Shown here: positions 47,853 to 58,799 of the stretch, one piece after another | Layout of the letters: the number at the start of each line of letters is the position of its first letter | How positions within the stretch are numbered: position 1 is the first letter of the stretch | Assembly: GCA_013115125.1 (NCBI GenBank) | Contig: JABANN010000001.1 | Span: 62,001 to 126,000 of the forward strand | DNA: 64,000 nucleotides | Source of the DNA: Perkinsus olseni | Lineage: Eukaryota | Direction of reading: 5' to 3' | Translations under genes and position numbers: made by a program | Notes under the pieces: generated by a model | Seen by the model: only the letters and a program-made list of their open reading frames with translations | What the model was told of the DNA's origin: nothing | The model's database searches: none

Positions 47853-49262
47853 ATGCCGCGGAAGTTTTCGTCGGTGCCGCTGCCGCCAGAGAGAAGGGAC
47901 TCGGAGTACTGCCATGGCTCGGCCAACCCTCGGACGCATTGCCGTATTGCCAAGTGCAATGGAGGCCGTTCTTATTACGCCTACTTCGAACCTAAAGACA
48001 GCGGTCAGTTCGAGTGCGTCCTCGGCCCTCTGCGCCCTTCCTTCGATGATGCTTCGAGGGATGCCTCGCGGATGGTAGCGGCAGCAGCAGCGTCCGAGAG
48101 AGAGCTGGTCGGATTGGTTATGAAGTTGATGATGCAGGAGGGAGCCATCGTTCACCGGAAGGCCCCGCCCAAGAGCCGGCCCGGGATGATGCTCGAGTCG
48201 CCCTACATCCGAGTTGACGTCCCCGGCCGATCAGGCGGCGAAGAGACCGTTACTGTGGCCCTCAGGGGTATTCGCTTCAACACAGTCGAGTGCGATGTTC
48301 CGGTGGCCAGGGAAGTGGAGGTCAGGTTGAACCATACTAAGATGGGCCGAGTCATAGACTGTATTGTTGAGCTCTTCGCGAAGTGCGCGGATGAGAACAT
48401 TCAGCGCCCTGATGACCACACAGTGTACCGGTTCGTCCGTGACACGCTGGGCTGTCGTCTTCCGCTGCCTGAGGGGGACGTAATGCGCCTCATAGCAGCT
48501 ATGGCGGACTCGTTCCCCAACGCCGGGGTGGCTGCGGAGACTCCTGAGTGGCTTCACGCCTTCAAGGAGAAGTCCAAGAAAGTGGACGCTCACGTGGCCG
48601 AGGTAGTAAGGAGCTGTGAATCGGAGCGCCGGAAAAGGGAGAAGCGCAAGCTGGAGGGCACGGCGGAAGCTGCCGGCAAGCGGCCTCGGAAGCACACACC
48701 CGCTGATCGCACCGTCTTCGTTTCGAATATTGACCGTGGGACTGGCCTCGGTGAGCTCCGGGATGCCGTCAATGGGTGGATGGGGGAGAAGGGCGTCGAC
48801 CGGTGCGCTATCCCGGTCGAGCACCAAACCGGCGCTGTCAGAGGCCACGCCTTCCTCTACTTCAAATCATCAGAAGCCGCCGATAGATTCGTCGATAGAT
48901 CCTCGCGGGAGGAGTTCGTGGTCAAGGGTCGGGTACTACGCACAGCGAAGGTTTTGGAGGAGAATCTTGAAGGCGAGGAGCTCCAAGCATGGCTAGCCGA
49001 TCAGAAGAAACAGATGTTCCGATTGCCGTCGGAAGTGGAAGCGGCCATCAGATCCAAGGTAGCCGAGGATGACGGCTGCAACATCTCTCTTGTGAAGCAC
49101 AAAGTCGAGACTGAGTTGGGCCATCCGGTCGACTTAGCAAAGTATGGGTTCAAGTCTTGGTCCAAGGCTGTGAGGTCGGTGCCTGGAGTGTCGATCGAGG
49201 TCGTTCACAATGAGGAGAAGGAGGGCAAGTTGAGTGGCTATGTGGCACGGCTGGATACTTGA
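47853..49262 (+). CDS. RNA-binding protein with RRM and C-terminal LOTUS/OST-HTH-like domain, intronless
   Basis: RNP2 TVFVSNI and RNP1 RGHAFLYF; C-terminal CNISLVKHKVETELGHPVDLAKYGFKSWSKAVRSVPGV resembles LOTUS; basic NLS-like KRPRK. Confidence 0.75.
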   Translation: MPRKFSSVPLPPERRDSEYCHGSANPRTHCRIAKCNGGRSYYAYFEPKDSGQFECVLGPLRPSFDDASRDASRMVAAAAASERELVGLVMKLMMQEGAIVHRKAPPKSRPGMMLESPYIRVDVPGRSGGEETVTVALRGIRFNTVECDVPVAREVEVRLNHTKMGRVIDCIVELFAKCADENIQRPDDHTVYRFVRDTLGCRLPLPEGDVMRLIAAMADSFPNAGVAAETPEWLHAFKEKSKKVDAHVAEVVRSCESERRKREKRKLEGTAEAAGKRPRKHTPADRTVFVSNIDRGTGLGELRDAVNGWMGEKGVDRCAIPVEHQTGAVRGHAFLYFKSSEAADRFVDRSSREEFVVKGRVLRTAKVLEENLEGEELQAWLADQKKQMFRLPSEVEAAIRSKVAEDDGCNISLVKHKVETELGHPVDLAKYGFKSWSKAVRSVPGVSIEVVHNEEKEGKLSGYVARLDT

Positions 49263-49361
49263 GTCTTGCTCAGTAAATCTCTCTGTACTATGTAATTATA
49301 ATATGATTTCGCGCCGCTAGTTTTGCGTTTTGCATTAGTCGACCTTGGATATCCTTCCTAG

Positions 49362-49925
49362 TTGGCCTGCATGCTACCATCATCTGCAATCTATGACCAA
49401 GTGGCGGAGCTCGAGCGTGCTGTGGACTCGGTGCCCCTAGCAGAAAGGCCCAGGAAGCCTCCTCAGCCGGCGTCACGTAGCGGCGGCACTTCCGCCCTTG
49501 CCCAGGCTGTCAGTCGCCATTCAATCAAGCTGGGCTTGAAAAAGCCCCGGCCTACAATGGACGATGCCTCCATGTTCGGCAGCTACTCGGTTGGCCAGAA
49601 GACCAGCCTCGTCGGCTCCTCATCTCCCCCTAGGCCTCCCTTCGAGAAACGCTCGCTCTACATGAGCAGATCGGCCAAAACAGAGGCCACTCCATCGGCG
49701 TCGATCGATCCGTGGAGCATCGTCAAGAGTTCGAGGCCGCCCGAGGATTCAGAGGAGGCCAAGGCTGTCCTGCTGGCGGACCTTCTCTGTGACGTCCGAG
49801 CCCACAATCGCCGGCGGGACCGTCTTGGCCAGGAGGAGTTGATGATCCGGAGTAGACTGGCAAGGCTGACTCAGCTAGGATGTGCGGTAGAGGAGGTCGA
49901 GCGAGAGGTTGCCAAATGGGGATGA
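49362..49925 (+). CDS. Hypothetical protein
   Basis: 187-aa single ORF with a C-terminal helical segment; no family recognised. Confidence 0.45.
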   Translation: MACMLPSSAIYDQVAELERAVDSVPLAERPRKPPQPASRSGGTSALAQAVSRHSIKLGLKKPRPTMDDASMFGSYSVGQKTSLVGSSSPPRPPFEKRSLYMSRSAKTEATPSASIDPWSIVKSSRPPEDSEEAKAVLLADLLCDVRAHNRRRDRLGQEELMIRSRLARLTQLGCAVEEVEREVAKWG

Positions 49926-49932
49926 TGCTTCT

Positions 49933-52050
49933 AATTAACACAGCGAGATCACCTTCATGATGGACTGTAACATTCGACCCGGGCCGCAGGGGTGTTGTGT
50001 TCTTGGTGACTGTTACGTCCATTAGTTCTATCAATTTTGCTCTGTCTACCAGCGTCGTCAACAGGATGACGGTTTTGAGCGTCTCTGGGATCCACCAGCT
50101 GGTCCGGGCCTCAGTAGTAAGGGTAGCCGAGCACTGATGCGTGAAGGGCCTGCTGTGCCTTTTCAGCTACGTAAAGATCAGCATCAACAACCCCCTCGAT
50201 CTGAGCATCCTTCGCTGTGGCTGAGGGAGGGGTCGTCCGACAACCGGGAGGCCTCGAAGAACCCCACCACAGAGCTCCCAGGGCAGGACAAGCCGGTCTA
50301 TCTGCAAGCCGCGAGAAAGTACAGCGGCGATGTAGCGGAGCGAATGTAGTGCAAGGGAAGTGTTGGTAGAAGGCAGCAGCCGGGGACTCTCAGGGACACC
50401 GCAGTGGCAGCGCCGCAGGAAGTGCCGCCCTTGACGATGTTTGCAGCGCAATCGTGCCTTCGAAAGGAGGGCAGCCACTACGGTCAGCTTGCAGCTTAGG
50501 CTGGGATAATGTCACATTGAAAGAGCCATTGATGAGCTCAGCCCCCCTCCCTGATTCCCTTCAGCAGCCATCAGGGCCATTATCATCATCCATGTTAAGC
50601 CACCATTTTTGATACTTATCATTAGCAGGGTATGAGCTCAGGATACTCCTCTGGCGTCCGGACCGGTCTCGCGTTGGAGGCGGGGCAAATGTGGGGCCAG
50701 TTCTCTCTCTAATGCCTTCGGTATCGCCCGAGCGCAGCATCGACGTGGAGCCGCTACCTTCCCGAGGATCCAGTACCACTCCTTCCCCGCATGCCGCCTC
50801 AATAGCCCTCTATTCTCAGCACGGGGAGGGACCACCATATCGGAGGAGACTCAAGACGAGCTGGCCATGGACGAGGGCCGCTGGAGCCTGTTCGACGCGA
50901 TGCAGCACCTGACCACCGTGAAGCCCAGCCATCACAGCCGAGCTCTCATGGTCCTCAGCTACCCCGACGTCGGCTCCGAGCCCGAGCGCCTCGTGTACTA
51001 GTCCAGTGACTGCCGCTGTGCTTGCACGCCGCTCTCAGAGAGAAGTTCCGGGAAGGCTTCTTCGAATGGTCAGAGGCCCGACGGCAGGTCAAAGCCCGGC
51101 GTGTGGAGGAAGGACAGGAGCCCGAGTCTCTCAGTAGCAGCCTTGGCGTCTGCCTTCTTCCTGTCCACACCTAGGTCACCTTGACGAGTATGGTGCTTTG
51201 TCGGGCTTCGTGGTCCCGTGCGTGTATAAGACAACCACCGGAGGCGTCCGCTACTGGGTACAGTCGTAAGGATGTCAGCATCGGTCGACACCCCTGCCAC
51301 GCCGTAGATTGTCCTGCTCCTCGAAGGCCCCAACCCTGCCCTGGCGCGGGCCGCGGAATGGGCTGAGGGCTCCTCGCCCGAAGCACCCGATGGAAGCCGG
51401 GCGAAGGTTAGTGTACTGTAGGACCTCCAGCAGGGACCATCACCGCCGAGGAGAGGGCTGCCACGACTCAGGATGTTCTCTGAACTTCGGACTACCCAAC
51501 TCCTCAAGGGTCTTCACTTCTGCTGTATGCAGCCTCTTGAAGGCCCTCCTCTCACTGGGGAAGATAAAAGTGATAGCCCTCCTCTACGTTGGCAGAACGC
51601 CATAACGAAGTAGCCTGCAGATGCCTTGGCCGACGAGGCACATGAGCAGGACAAGGCCGCCAGCGCCCTGTGGGTCACCTACCGCGATTTGGTTGTAGTG
51701 CTGCTCTCCAGCCTCGGCTGCCGCCGCCTCCTCTCCTCAGACGCTCGTCCATGAAGCATCAGAAGCAGCCTCCCCAAGCCCCTCTCCCTCGGACCTGTAC
51801 AGCTACGTCACCAAGAACTCAGACCTGCTGCCCTCTCCCGAGTCCATGGAGGCCATCGACACCCTCGCCGATCAATACATTCTGAGGTACGTCTCGAAGC
51901 GCCATCGACAGTGACCCCCCTCTCCTGCAGCGCTCGAGAGTTCGTGGACTTGCTACTGGGTGCCCCAGCTGGTGTGAGGCTGGAGAGCGACCTCACCTGG
52001 CCAATGGCTCCGCGGCTAGCATACTGATGTGTCACCATTCGCCCATGCCT
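49933..52050 (-). CDS. Hypothetical multi-exon protein
   Basis: Series of minus-strand ORF fragments with intron-like gaps; product not recognised, boundaries approximate. Confidence 0.3.
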
Positions 52051-52122
52051 GTCGAGCTGCACTGCCGCCTTGTGTTGCCCTCGACCCCCGTTCTCTCTCT
52101 AGTTTGTTTTCTACACCAGCGC

Positions 52123-54332
52123 ATGCCTGGTAGGAGCGTAAGCATCAGCAGCAGGAGGGTGGTGGAGAGGCCGGTAGCTGCGGTGGTCACTAAAGTGGGC
52201 GGCCGGACTGCCCCATTGGAAGGCAGCGACACGGTCATGAATGTACCAAGTAGGTCGCTTTGCAGCGCTGGCTGCCTCGGCATGGCCGCCCCGATCAGAC
52301 GACCCTTCCCAGCCGACTGTTCTGTCTCCCGGCCACTCGTCAGTACCCGCTCCTTCGTCGAGCCAGAGCCAGCAACTGGCCCATCGAGAAGGCTCCGCTG
52401 TGGCTGAGATCTCGAGAGAGGACACGTGGCGACAACGAGTGCCATTTCGAAACCCGATGGAGATGCACGTCCTCGCTGTGCAAAAGTTGGCCAGCGGAGG
52501 GGGTGAGCTGGGCTGCGGCGGCTCCGCTGCTCCGGATTATGCTGTTGTCTCAGCTCCAGCTGCCGAGGCTAGGACTGGGCGAGTGAATCTTTTGGAGGAG
52601 GTTGACTGGGGCCGAGTCCCTCCTACGTGGGAAGGCCTGAAGCCGACCACTTTGAAGATGGCGGAGAATCTCACAGTCCGACAGATAGCCATACTCCTCA
52701 ACGCGTAGGTTGAAGCTGGCTCTCGGCAGAATTAAAGATACTCTCACCTCCAGATATGCCAAAGCAGGAGTTGCCGACCGGCAGGTGTTCTACACCCTCA
52801 CCCAACAGTTTTCCGCCCGCCTCGGCTCCTCTCCGAAATCCGTCTTCGGCGTCCGTCCCCAGGACGTCGGCCTGGTCGCGCATGCGTGCCAGAAGGTCCA
52901 GTTCAAAAACGAGTTCCTCTTTACAAGGCTCAGGAAAGTGGTGGTCCGCATGGTCAAGCAAAACCGGCAGATATCACCGCAGACGCTATCGCTCATCCTC
53001 ACGGGCTTCGTCAAACTCAAATTCATAGGCGATGGTGAACTGCTGCACAGCCTGGGGACCGCGGCTCTGCGAGAGCTCGACCGCTTCACGATTCGGGACT
53101 CGGCCGTCCTGATGATGACCTTCAGTCAAGCATGTCCGCTGGATGACAGAAGTCGGGACGTCTTCAGTCGAGTCTACCGAGCGCGAGACCGGACTGCCGA
53201 GCGGGAGAGCATGGCAGCTGCGGTGCCGATCATGGTCGCTCTGAGCAACCTTACGGTCTGGCATCCGGAGGTCGTCATGGACCTGCTGCAAGAGGACTAC
53301 GGCGTGGTCGATGCCTTCGCTGCTGCAGTGCCGACCTGCGCCATCGTCCATCTGGCAAACGGAATCCAAGCCCTCGCCACGCTCGTGGCTGGCGGCTTCC
53401 TTCCTGCCTCAATCGGCAGCAGAGCGGTCTTCCGAGCGGCCTCCGATCGGTTATGTGAAGACGGCGGAGCGAAGCTGCCTCAGAGTGCTGTTGTGCAGCT
53501 GACCGCTGGCTTTACCAAACTAGGAGGCCTCGGCTGGCAAGACATCTTCAACCGCCTCCTTGTTGATGCTACTGGGCTCGATCTGCCGTCTGCTGTGGCC
53601 GTGCTCCATGGTCTGGCCGGGCAAAACATCCGTGATGTGTCGTGGGTAGAGCGGGAAATTCTCAATCGACTTGACGAGGCTAAATTAAGAGACCCCCAGA
53701 CTGCGTGTATGCTCCTCTACGGCTTGGCCAGGCTGGGAATGCCAGCTGAAGCCGCTCGGACTTGTCGTCTTGTGAACGAGAGAGTTCTCCGGGGGCTGGG
53801 GGTCCAAGGGCTCAGTAACCTAGTGTATGCTGTTGCCTCGGTTTGGCATGCGTGTGGCCTGAGCATCGAGGAGCAGGAGGCCGCTGCTGCCGTCCTTCTG
53901 ATGGGGTTGGAAAGGCTGTCCATCGTTGGTAGCGAGGAGGACCAGCGACGGTTCTCGATGGAGATAGCCGGCCAGCTCCGAGTCGTTGCCCAGCTATCGA
54001 TGGCCTCACTGGCCGAGGGTATTAGCATGGACTTGCTGCTATGGACAGGTACGCACAGGGAGGTTTGCAGCGTATTTGCCGTCTATCATGAGACGTCCTA
54101 TTCAGGTCGCCTCATCCACTGGTCAGCCTGTCAGAAGCCGAGCGCCGTGAAGTCAAGTCTCCTTCACAAGGAAGTCGCCGACACCATCCGACTCGTCGTC
54201 CTCGACTACTGTCAAGTCGCCGAAGAGGTCCCCGTCACGCCCTACTGGATCGATATTCTCCTCACCTCGTATCATGCTGACATGCTGCCCGATCACGCTC
54301 GACCTTCCTCTGTGTTTCCGAATGTTTTGTGA
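52123..54332 (+). CDS. Helical-repeat organellar RNA-binding protein (RAP/FASTK/HPR-like)
   Basis: Repeats such as PQDVGLVAHA, SPQTLSLILTGFVKL, DPQTACMLLYGLARL and VQGLSNLVYAVA; C-terminal SSLLHKEVADTI...EEVPVTPYWIDILL resembles the start of a RAP domain. Confidence 0.6.
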
Positions 54333-54408
54333 CGTTTCTGAACCCGCGGTGATTTGCTTTGGTACAACGTAGGCTGCTTCTGAGGCATCGCAGGTTGGGG
54401 AGACTGTA

Positions 54409-56536
54409 ATGGCAACCACCGCAGAGTCGACGGCCTCGTCTGGGGGCCCTCCGATCGACACCTTCGCCGGCCCCGCCTTCGGCTTCCTTGCCAACGACCA
54501 CGAGTCGCCGGTCCGAGCCTTCTGTCCGGGCCGGGACAAGACGTGCGTTCATGCCCCGACATGCGTGTCGTGGACCCCAGTAGCTTTTAGGACCTCCTTC
54601 GCTGAGTTCCCAACGGCTGCATCCGCCATCACCGCCATGCGAGAAGGCCTCGACCCTGCTGTGTGGAAGAAGTATCGACTGAAAATCGTCACTACTGTAC
54701 TTCGAGATAAATTCATAAGGCAAGTCTGCTAGTTCTCCCGCATCGCACCAGGTGTCCTCAGGCATCCCGAGCTAGCTGATGAGTTGGTGGCCACGGGTAA
54801 AAGGAGCCTGTTGTTCGACTGTAGCCCGGAGGATTCCGAGGCTCTCGAGGCCCAGGGCTTTCCTTCCGACGAGGGCGTCTTCTGGGGCTGCAGCAGGGAT
54901 ACTGGCTCCCTCAAAGGGTAACCCCGGCCGGTGCGTGACGGCTGTCGAATGCCTTTTGTCCAGTCAGAATCAGTTCGGGCGTATCCTCTCAACCATTCGG
55001 ACCGACATTCAAGACTCAGAGGACGTAGCCCGGCAGCTGTGGCTCCACGCTGTCATGAACGTGGTGAAGCAAGGTGAGTTCAGTAGAGGCCGTATTATCT
55101 GCGGTATCCGCTCTGTAGATACGGCATCGCCCATCCGAGTCACTGAAGTGAAGGAGGGCCGTTCTGTTGCCACCCACAGGGTCGCCAACGCCGTGTGCGT
55201 TATGGGGAAGGTGGAATCGTGCGATGTGAGAGGACTCGCCTATCGCTCATCACCCACTGCCCTTGTGCCAGGTCGTTGCCTTGCACCCATCTACATCGAG
55301 GCATCACGCCATGCTAGTCTATGCCGCAGGGGTTAGGAACCCGACTGACTCGAAGTGGAGGGAGAACACTCTCGACCAAGTACGACGGAGCGCCCTGTCG
55401 GCTACTACCTCATCAGCGCCCGCAGGTCTACGCGCTTGACCTGCACTCGAAGTTCGGCACCTTTGTCGGCGAGAAGGGGGATGTGAAGATGGAGCCCTTC
55501 CTCCCCCAAGTGCTGGGCAAACGAGATCAACTCCGCCTCGGAGCCAGCACCCGACACTATGAAATCAAAGTGGACCACGGGTAAGCATTCACGGGCAGCA
55601 CATGCTTTAACCTCGGAATCGCGAAACACTACAAGATTCGGTGCGAACAGTGGTTCCTCGCAGGGCGGCCTTGGCTGAGCTGAAAAAGATGGAATACAAG
55701 TTGGACAAAGAAATTAGGGATATGGGAGGAAAGATCGACAACCCGTTAAAAGAAGCGGAGGAAGAGCGATCCAAGTCGAGTAAGGCCGTCGTTGGGCTCG
55801 CTGCCGGTCACCTTTTATCAATATCATCTTCTAGTACTTATTTTTCATGTATTATCCATCGTTTTTTCGTATCCCAGTACTGTATAGTACACTATGCTCT
55901 ATTCATTAATGGATAGTAGACAACCACCCACAGGCACGGTGTACATGGGCAACCTCTCCTACACAACTACCAAGGAGAGCATCGAGAAGTTCTTCAAAGA
56001 AGAGGATCTTAAAGTCTGTGGAGTGCGGTTGCCGGGAGGTATCGTCTCTGTCGACTCGCTGCTGCTGTTAGAGTGCTCATCAGGTGAGGACAAAGTGGCT
56101 TCCCGAGGATTCGCCTTCGTCGAGTTTTCTAGAGAGGCGGACATGAGGAACGCTATTGCCTTGCTCGATGGCGCCACTCTCGATACCCGGAAGGTAAACC
56201 CTGTCGACGATTGTTCCCTTTGATGCCGCCTCGCTGTAGATCAGACTGAAAGTAGCAGAAGAACGGCAGCAGAGGCCACGTGATGAGAATAGACGAGATG
56301 ACCGCTCGCCTCGGCGGCGGGGGCCTAGCTTCGATGAGAGGAGCCGCCGTCGGCGGTATAGTCGGAGTCGCAGCCGTGACAGGCGCCGGAGGAGATCCGC
56401 CAGCAGAAGCACGGACCGTAGAGGGCGAAGGAGGAGCTCTAGTGGCAGCGGGAGGCGCAGAGATAGCAGAAGTCGTGACGAAGAGAGTCGGCGGAGTCCG
56501 AGACGCTCATCCCACCGTGATAGCCGCCGTGAGTAG
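54409..56536 (+). CDS. NADAR(YbiA-like)-FHA-coiled coil-RRM-RS domain protein, multi-exon
   Basis: NADAR: FAGPAFGFLANDHESPV ... WKKYRLKIVTTVLRDKFIR/HPELADELVATG ... FWGCSRDTGSLKG/QNQFGRILSTIR. FHA: VMGKVESCD/VVALHPSTSRHHA ... DLHSKFGTFV ... LRLGASTRHY. RRM: VYMGNL, RGFAFVEF. Arg/Ser-rich tail ends ...HRDSRRE*. Confidence 0.8.
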
Positions 56537-56797
56537 TTTCACCGTTTGCGTCATTTCTGAGTTATGTTAATGAGGCGGGGGCAACGCGAACGCTTCGTAA
56601 CGCCGGTCTCGAGAGATTTCTCTAGCAAACGTGTTAAGCTTACTACGGCCTGTCCCGTCCCGAAAGTGTTCTAGACCTTAGCGTGATTACACCCGGCGTG
56701 ATCATCTCCCGTGTGCACGGATCCGGTGAATCAGACAGCTATACAACCAGCAGGTCCCCCAAGCATGGCCGGGAACTGTTGAACTCGATCTTGACAC

Positions 56798-56876
56798 ACC
56801 AAATAATGATTTGAGCAGTGATGTTGCTCGCACACACCATCTGCGAGCAACATCACTGCTCAAATCATTATTTGGT
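56798..56876. repeat. Perfect 35-bp inverted repeat with a 9-nt loop
   Basis: ACCAAATAATGATTTGAGCAGTGATGTTGCTCGCA (56798-56832) - CACACCATC - TGCGAGCAACATCACTGCTCAAATCATTATTTGGT (56842-56876). Confidence 0.97.
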
Positions 56877-57059
56877 TTATGAGGAAAATTGTGACCCACG
56901 ATCCGAAGAGCACCCGCCCCAGGCAAATCGTCTACCACTCCGTTCTCTTCAGCGCGAAGATGCACCCGTAGCCGAGTCCGCGCCGGCCGAGACGTGACAG
57001 TCACGGCCGAGACTAACAAGCCAACCAAAGATCCCGAGTGAGGAAACGTTTGTCATAAG

Positions 57060-58728
57060 TTAGGTATCTTGATCTTCAGTGTTTTTCTTAGTGATTGGGG
57101 CTTCAACGAACCGCATATGCTCCTAAGAAGGGCCCCACTGATGATACCGTCACCTCCTCCTCATCCTACCCGTGTTGCCCAGTTCTTTTTCTCTCCCTTC
57201 CCCAGAGAATCTCCAATAACTTTCTGCATCTCCAAGTTACCAGCCGTTGCGCATTCCACAGCGAAAACAGCTCCCTCTCGGAGTAGTGGTACCTAACGGT
57301 AGGTCCGAAGTCATCGTTCAACTCGAAGCCGAGCATCCAGAGCACGAGAGGGCCACTGATGGCTCACCCGGGGATCCACAATGCAGTGGGAGAGGAGGGT
57401 CGGAATGAGGCGTTCATCACAGTTGATGAGGTAGTCCTGAGCTGCTGGTGAGTTGGCCAGGCAGTTGGCTATGAGGCGGAGGATGGTGGCAGCCGGTATA
57501 TGATCGCAGATGAACTTGAATGCTTCGCTTCTTGAGGACTTGTAGACGTCATCGGGCCGGACTGTGTCTGGCAGCGTCATGTCGTCCTCTCCCAGTAGTT
57601 GCGGGAACCTCACGAAGTGCACACCGCGAAGGATACCGAGGGAAAAGAAGATCCCCGCCGTCTCCAGTGGAGATATCCTATCCCGGTCACGATGCTCGCT
57701 GAGGGCGAGGTGATTGGCCAGGGCGAGCAAGTCGGTCATAACCTGGGCATAGACCTCGGCCGGCCCTTGGGGATCATCGAAGACCTCATAGTAAGCATCA
57801 GCCAGAGGCCCAAGCTCTTCCCTATGGTCCTGCACCATGGCGTTGAGACCTTGTTGGGGGAGATGGCAGACCGCTTCGAAGTAGGCGTAGGCCATCACCA
57901 ACAACGTCGCCACGCAGTCAGCGACCTTCTCGTAGTTTTCCCGATTCACTACTTGCTCCAGTATGTGCAGCAGGAAAGATATCACCGTGGCTTGGCTAGG
58001 CATCGACCTCACATTCACCGGTCCCTCCGCTGAGCCTTGGAAGGTGTCAGTATCAGCATAAGCTCGCATTATGAAGTCCTGTAGGTCCTCAGGCGTCAGC
58101 CTGATCCAAGACTTCACAATATCAGACAGCCTGTCCTGCAGGGTCTCGGTGAGCAGCATGACCGCGAAGTGACTGACATCAACCTCCTCGCCCGGAGCGG
58201 CACCCGAGTTGCCGATGTCATTAGCCAGCGTCAGGTAGAGCAACACGGGAAGACCATCGGGGTAGCACTTCCACAGGTGTCCGAAGTTCAGCAGGAACAG
58301 CCACGCCCGGTCACCTCTCGTGCCGGTACTTGACAGCAGCCAGTACCTGCGGTCCGCCAACTACTACGACAGACCAACACCCATGCGAAGGAAACTCACA
58401 ACTTTTCCGGGCTCCCTCCCAGTTCCTCATAGAGCATCTCCCCGCACTTCTCATTGCCAGTGATGAGCGCCCTCAGAAGCGACACTCTAGCCTTAGTCGG
58501 GGCCTTCACGCACTCCCCTATAACGTCCTCTTCTATGCACAGCCGCCTGACGTTCTCAGCCTCTGGTCTGCTGCACAGATTACAAACAAGCTTGCACGCA
58601 GCCTCCTCACCAGCGACACACGCCGTGACGACCTCAGTGAGAGTATCGCGGTCCTTCAGGAGAGAATCCAACAAAGCTGGATCTGCCTTGCTTCTTTCAA
58701 ACAGTGGTTGTATCTTGTTCTCAGTCAT
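57060..58728 (-). CDS. Ataxin-10-like ARM-repeat protein, multi-exon
   Basis: C-terminal ILRLIANCLANSPAAQDYL...IPTLLSHCIVDP.../PLREGAVFAVECATAGNLEMQKVI matches the Atx10 domain pattern. Confidence 0.7.
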
Positions 58729-58799
58729 TCACACATACTCTACCGTCAGAAGAATCGGTCACCCTTTAGCCACTACAACTCAGGACTTGCTATGATCAG

